Origin: Eremomyces bilateralis CBS 781.70
Lineage: Eukaryota
Direction: 5' to 3' (one strand)
Assembly (NCBI GenBank): GCA_010015585.1
Contig: ML975150.1
Length of the DNA: 64,000 nucleotides
Each line of letters starts with the position of its first letter. The stretch's first letter is position 1. Under the pieces are notes generated by a model. It had not been told where the DNA came from. It made no database searches and was given only the letters and a program-made list of their open reading frames with translations. Below, piece by piece: positions 63,301 through 64,000 of this stretch. The position numbers were made by a program, and so were the translations under genes.

Positions 63301-63890
63301 GGAGTGCCAGGTTATAAAAGCGAAGAAAGAGCTTAATAGAAACGGTTTATAGGCACCACCAAGTAGAGTTGAAACAAATGTTCCTTAGTGCAAATGTGAC
63401 AGGAGAAAGCAATGTGTGTTTGCAGGGAAATGCCTGAACGAACCAACCCTAGACGGATTCAAGATTCAATATCGACGATGAAGTATTGAAAACCAATTCC
63501 TTAGGCCAGTTGATATTTTCGGCCCATGGCTATCAAGCTTTTGAAGAGGAGAGTTGGTGATGATGACTTCCACACATGGGTGGTACTGAAGACGAACTTG
63601 AACCACCCAGGGCGGCGATGTTGGAAATAGGAAAAAACGTTGGCAATAGGAATTGACGGCAGCGACAACAAGGAAGCGCAGACAATGGTGCAAGGAGCAG
63701 AGATGCTAGAGAAAGATATTTGGATGTGACACTTGAACGCTGTTCTGCGATATAGAGAAGTTGTGGATGTGCCGGAAAGAGTATACTGGGTATGGTTGGG
63801 TGGAGGGGCATAAAGGATGGGGGAGGGTGCCAAAGTGCAGGTGCTTGGGGGGCCGGTGAGCTTGGCAAGGAAGGCTGGAGGGCATACCAT
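60313..63890 (-). CDS. Conserved fungal hypothetical protein with Q/P/H-rich regions and two related domains
   Basis: Model: ATG (63888-63890) | 63062-62756 | 62636-61581 | 61210-60536 | 60458-60313, all junctions in frame. Domain 1: GVQWIAFEYSRDRVKMEYTIRCDVE..NCVYPRA..GLIQRAVDSWRN. Domain 2: KFILVDD..RVRVRVMLD..NSVYPRS..LFLQRSLDAYRN. Confidence 0.8.
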
Positions 63891-64000
63891 GTAGCCTGAC
63901 GCGGTGCTAGGATGTCGACGACGACCGATTAATGCGGCGTCAACGCATCAACGATGTGCAGCAGCAGTATGGCTTGATGCATGCAAAAACCCACAACAGA

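Overview
Eukaryotic DNA from a filamentous ascomycete (Pezizomycotina), judged from short GT-AG introns with CTAAC/CTGAC branch points and the gene families present. About 20 protein-coding genes can be supported. Recognisable housekeeping genes are Dom34/pelota, a CwfJ-domain Drn1/CWF19L1-like gene, BUB1, a CSN3-like gene, UGGT, ATM1, AIM24 and kinesin-8. Accessory or poorly characterised genes are a TenA/heme-oxygenase-like protein with an N-terminal BED-like zinc finger, a secreted GH114, a DUF6604-like protein, an MIT-domain protein, a LaeA-like methyltransferase, a small Ser/Gly/Asn/Tyr-rich protein, a glycine-zipper protein, a BTB protein and a two-domain conserved hypothetical protein. 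Decayed sequences are a Tc1/mariner transposase, a GT8 pseudogene and a probable BTB-family relic. I saw no tRNA, rRNA, CRISPR or riboswitch, and I cannot support a new multi-gene system. The best leads are: (1) recurring GC-rich islands that switch from C-rich to G-rich whichever strand the gene is on; (2) the BED-finger/TenA fusion hidden by introns; (3) a gene whose first coding exon is only ATG, with long introns and possible intronic polyadenylation. Family calls come from recalled motifs, not database searches. Exon boundaries were read by hand.
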